From contig CAVVPN010000003.1 in assembly GCA_963750165.1 (NCBI GenBank), forward strand, positions 1,312,001 to 1,376,000: DNA of 64,000 nucleotides, given 5' to 3'. How positions within the stretch are numbered: the first letter of the stretch is position 1; each line of letters starts with the position of its first letter. The notes beneath the pieces are model-generated. The model had not been told where the DNA came from. It saw only the letters and a program-made list of their open reading frames with translations, and ran no database searches. This document shows, piece by piece, positions 61,375 through 64,000 of this stretch. Both the position numbers and the translations under genes were made by a program. The stretch is from an uncultured Gemmataceae bacterium (lineage in GTDB: Bacteria > Planctomycetota > Planctomycetia > Gemmatales > Gemmataceae).

Positions 61375-63579
61375 ATGTCCGCGACGCATTCCCGTAACTG
61401 GCGCATCCTCATGCCCCGAGGAGCCGAGGACCTGCGCCAGTTCCTTGCCGACCTCTTCCACCCCGGCGTCTGCGAGGTGGTGGAGGCCGACCGCGCCGAC
61501 TTCCTGCCGGCGCTGGGCCAGGGCCAGATGGATCTGGCCGTGCTGGACGCCGGCACGCCGGGCTGGGGTATTCTCGAACTGCTCGGCCAGATCGCCGACC
61601 TCACCGACACCGTGCCCGTGGTGGTGCGGGTCGCCGGCGACCAGCCCCCGGGCCAGGCCGCTTTCCTGCAAGCGGTCCTGGACAGCCTCCGCGACGCCGT
61701 GGTGGTGGCCGACGATGTTGGCAGCGTGCTGTTCTGCAACGCCGCCGCCCGGCAGGCACTGGGGGTCGGCGCCAGCGGGAGCGAGGCGGTCCCGTGGCCC
61801 GAGGAGAACGTCTGCCTGCTCGCGGACGGTGTGACGCCCTGCCCGCCAGCCGAGCAGCCCCTGGCGCGCGCGGCGCGCGGCGAGGCGGTGGACGGCCAGG
61901 AGCTGTTCCTGCACCACCCCCACGCGCCGGGCGGTATCTGGGTTAGCGCCGCCGCCCGGCCCCTGCGCGACGCGGCGGGGGAAGTGCGCGGCGGCGTCGT
62001 CGTCTACCGCGACGTCACCGAGGAGCGGCAGGTGCGGGAGATGCTGCGCCTGTCGGAACAGCGCTACCGCAACCTGGTGGAGGGGTCCGCCCAGGGAGTC
62101 GTCATCCATCAGGACTGGCGCATCCGGTTCGCCAATCCGGCCGGCGCCCGGCTGTTCGGTTACGACGAACCGCGCGAGCTGGTCGGCCGAGACTGGGAGA
62201 GCCTGGTCGCCCCGGAGGGGCGGTCGGTCGTGCGGGCACGGGCGCTGGCCTGTCTGCGCGGCGAGGCGCTGCCGGCCCACCCGGGCTGGCAGGGCGTCCG
62301 CCGGGATGGCGAACACATCTGGGTGGAGTCCCTGGAAAATCAAATCCCCTGGGAAGGACGGTCTGCCGTGGCAGCTTTCCTGATCGACGTCACCGAGCGC
62401 AGCCGCCTGGAAGAACAGGTGCTGCAGGCGCAGAAAATGGAAGCGGTCGGCCAGCTGGCCGGCGGCGTCGCCCACGATTTCAACAACCTCCTCACAGTCA
62501 TCAACGGCTACGGCGAACTGATGCTGAGCCACCTTCGCCCGGAAGACCCAACGCGGCGGCTGGTGCAGGGCATCCTGGAGGCCGGCGAGCGCGCCGCCGC
62601 CCTGACCCGCCAGCTACTGGCCTTCAGCCGTAAACAGACCGTGGAGCCGCGCGTGCTCGACCTCAACCAACTTATCCACGAGCAGGTGCGCATGCTCGAC
62701 CGCCTGATCGGCGAGCACATTGAACTGCGGACGCGGCCGGACCCGACCCTGGCCTCGGTGCGGGCCGACCCCGGACAGCTCGAACAGGTCGTCATGAACC
62801 TGGTGGTCAACGCCCGCGATGCCATGCCGCAGGGCGGCGTCGTCACCATCACCACCGCCAACGTCGATCTGGGCGAACCGGTTCGGCAGGGGTTGCCCGG
62901 CGGCCCCTGCGTCCTGCTGACGGTCAGCGACACCGGCTGCGGCATGGACGAGGCCACCAAGGCGCACATCTTCGAGCCGTTCTTCACCACCAAGGGGCCG
63001 GGCAAGGGCACCGGCCTGGGGCTGGCGACGGTTTACGGCGTCGTGCGGGCCAACCGCGGCCGCATCGAGGTGGACACGGCCCCGAACCGCGGCGCCACCT
63101 TCCGCATTTACCTGCCGGCGGCGCACGCCGCGCCGGATGTCTGGGCGATACCGCGATCCGCGCCGGCCCTGCCCCGGGGCACCGAAACCATACTCCTGGT
63201 GGAGGACGACGAGGGCGTGCGGATGCTCAGCCGCCATGTGCTGCAGGCGCAGGGCTACCGCGTGCTGGAGGCGGTGAACGGCCAGGAAGCGCTGGACCTG
63301 TGCACGGCGCAGCGCGAGGAGATTCATCTGCTGGTGACCGATGTCGTCATGCCGCAGCTGGGCGGCCGGGAACTGGCGGAGCTGCTGCTGCGACAGCACC
63401 CGATGCTGGGTGTGCTGTTCCTGTCCGGCTATCAGGACATCGCCGGTGCGGCCAACAACCTGATGGAGGCGGAGCACGTCGCCTTCTTGCAAAAGCCGTT
63501 CACGCCGAGCGCCCTGGCGGCAACGGTGCGGCGGCTGCTCGATCAGTTGCGGCGACGGTTGGGAGTGCGGGTGTCCTGA
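61375..63579 (+). CDS. PAS-PAS hybrid sensor histidine kinase / receiver (CckA-like architecture)
   Basis: [37 protein letters not shown] and the receiver motifs LVEDD / DVVMP / KPF. Confidence 0.93.
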   Translation: MSATHSRNWRILMPRGAEDLRQFLADLFHPGVCEVVEADRADFLPALGQGQMDLAVLDAGTPGWGILELLGQIADLTDTVPVVVRVAGDQPPGQAAFLQAVLDSLRDAVVVADDVGSVLFCNAAARQALGVGASGSEAVPWPEENVCLLADGVTPCPPAEQPLARAARGEAVDGQELFLHHPHAPGGIWVSAAARPLRDAAGEVRGGVVVYRDVTEERQVREMLRLSEQRYRNLVEGSAQGVVIHQDWRIRFANPAGARLFGYDEPRELVGRDWESLVAPEGRSVVRARALACLRGEALPAHPGWQGVRRDGEHIWVESLENQIPWEGRSAVAAFLIDVTERSRLEEQVLQAQKMEAVGQLAGGVAHDFNNLLTVINGYGELMLSHLRPEDPTRRLVQGILEAGERAAALTRQLLAFSRKQTVEPRVLDLNQLIHEQVRMLDRLIGEHIELRTRPDPTLASVRADPGQLEQVVMNLVVNARDAMPQGGVVTITTANVDLGEPVRQGLPGGPCVLLTVSDTGCGMDEATKAHIFEPFFTTKGPGKGTGLGLATVYGVVRANRGRIEVDTAPNRGATFRIYLPAAHAAPDVWAIPRSAPALPRGTETILLVEDDEGVRMLSRHVLQAQGYRVLEAVNGQEALDLCTAQREEIHLLVTDVVMPQLGGRELAELLLRQHPMLGVLFLSGYQDIAGAANNLMEAEHVAFLQKPFTPSALAATVRRLLDQLRRRLGVRVS

Positions 63580-63609
63580 GGGGTTACGATCGTTGGCGGG
63601 GGGTAGGAA

Positions 63610-63852
63610 ATGCCAAGGATTTGGATTCACAGTTGGGTGCTGCGGTTGCAGACGTGGTTTGCCGAGCCTGCCGTGGCGCCGCCTGCTGCGCTGTCCGAGC
63701 TGCCGACCGACGGTTACGTGAGCGTGGCGGCCCTCCCGCGCGCCTGGATCGGCGATTACCAGGACCGGATCGTGGAGGGCGTGTCCTTCGGCACACCGCC
63801 GCCACCACCGCCTGCACCGCCGCCGGTCAGCCGGTTGCTGTGGATGCGCTGA
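63610..63852 (+). CDS. Small hypothetical protein
   Basis: ATG after GGTAGGA and co-oriented with the kinase gene; no recognisable motif. Confidence 0.35.
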   Translation: MPRIWIHSWVLRLQTWFAEPAVAPPAALSELPTDGYVSVAALPRAWIGDYQDRIVEGVSFGTPPPPPPAPPPVSRLLWMR

Positions 63853-63880
63853 GGCGCTGCCGTGTGAGCCAGGAAGTGCT

Positions 63881-64000
63881 GGCCAGCGCAAGGGTGCCAG
63901 GGCGGCCAACGGCGCGTGTGCCAGGGGGGGACAAAAAAAGCGTGCCGTGGGATGCCTGGCAGCGCCGGTCCGCGCAAGGGTGCCAAGGGTGCCAAGGGTG
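63881..64000 (-). repeat. Inverted copy of the 55.9-kb element, truncated by the window end
   Basis: (CAAGGGTGC)n 9-mers plus a linker homologous to 55945-56058. Confidence 0.8.

Overview
A high-GC (~67-68% by eye) chromosomal window, most likely from a Planctomycetota genome of the Gemmataceae type. Supporting signs are 'LEELEDRCVP'/'LQVEALESRYCP' N-terminal motifs, DUF1080, a giant WD40/HEAT protein and an ECF sigma paired with a Ser/Thr kinase. It holds about 45 CDS: metabolic genes (GS type III, glk, tkt, msrA, mbfA, osmC), a housekeeping block (rplY-pth-rpsF-ssb-rplI-dnaB-ispF-cysS-ruvCAB) and a signalling locus at 56.4-63.6 kb. At least 8 genes carry 1-bp frameshifts, several in homopolymers and some in housekeeping genes, so these are most likely long-read errors. 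No rRNA, tRNA or CRISPR array was recognised. Highlights: (1) a rhodanese-like gene with in-frame C-A-TGA followed by a bacterial SECIS-like hairpin (candidate selenoprotein), apparently cut at a rearrangement junction next to ruvB. (2) A dispersed non-coding module, TCTCGAC-RTRTGAAAAAGTTGG followed by 9-bp tandem repeats, carried by two different element types, one a ~290-bp TIR-bounded MITE-like element. (3) An AT-rich synonymous recoding centred on the DnaB intein insertion site. (4) An ECF/kinase locus with a small sigma-region-2 look-alike protein. (5) Many palindromic REP-like and heptamer inverted-repeat families.
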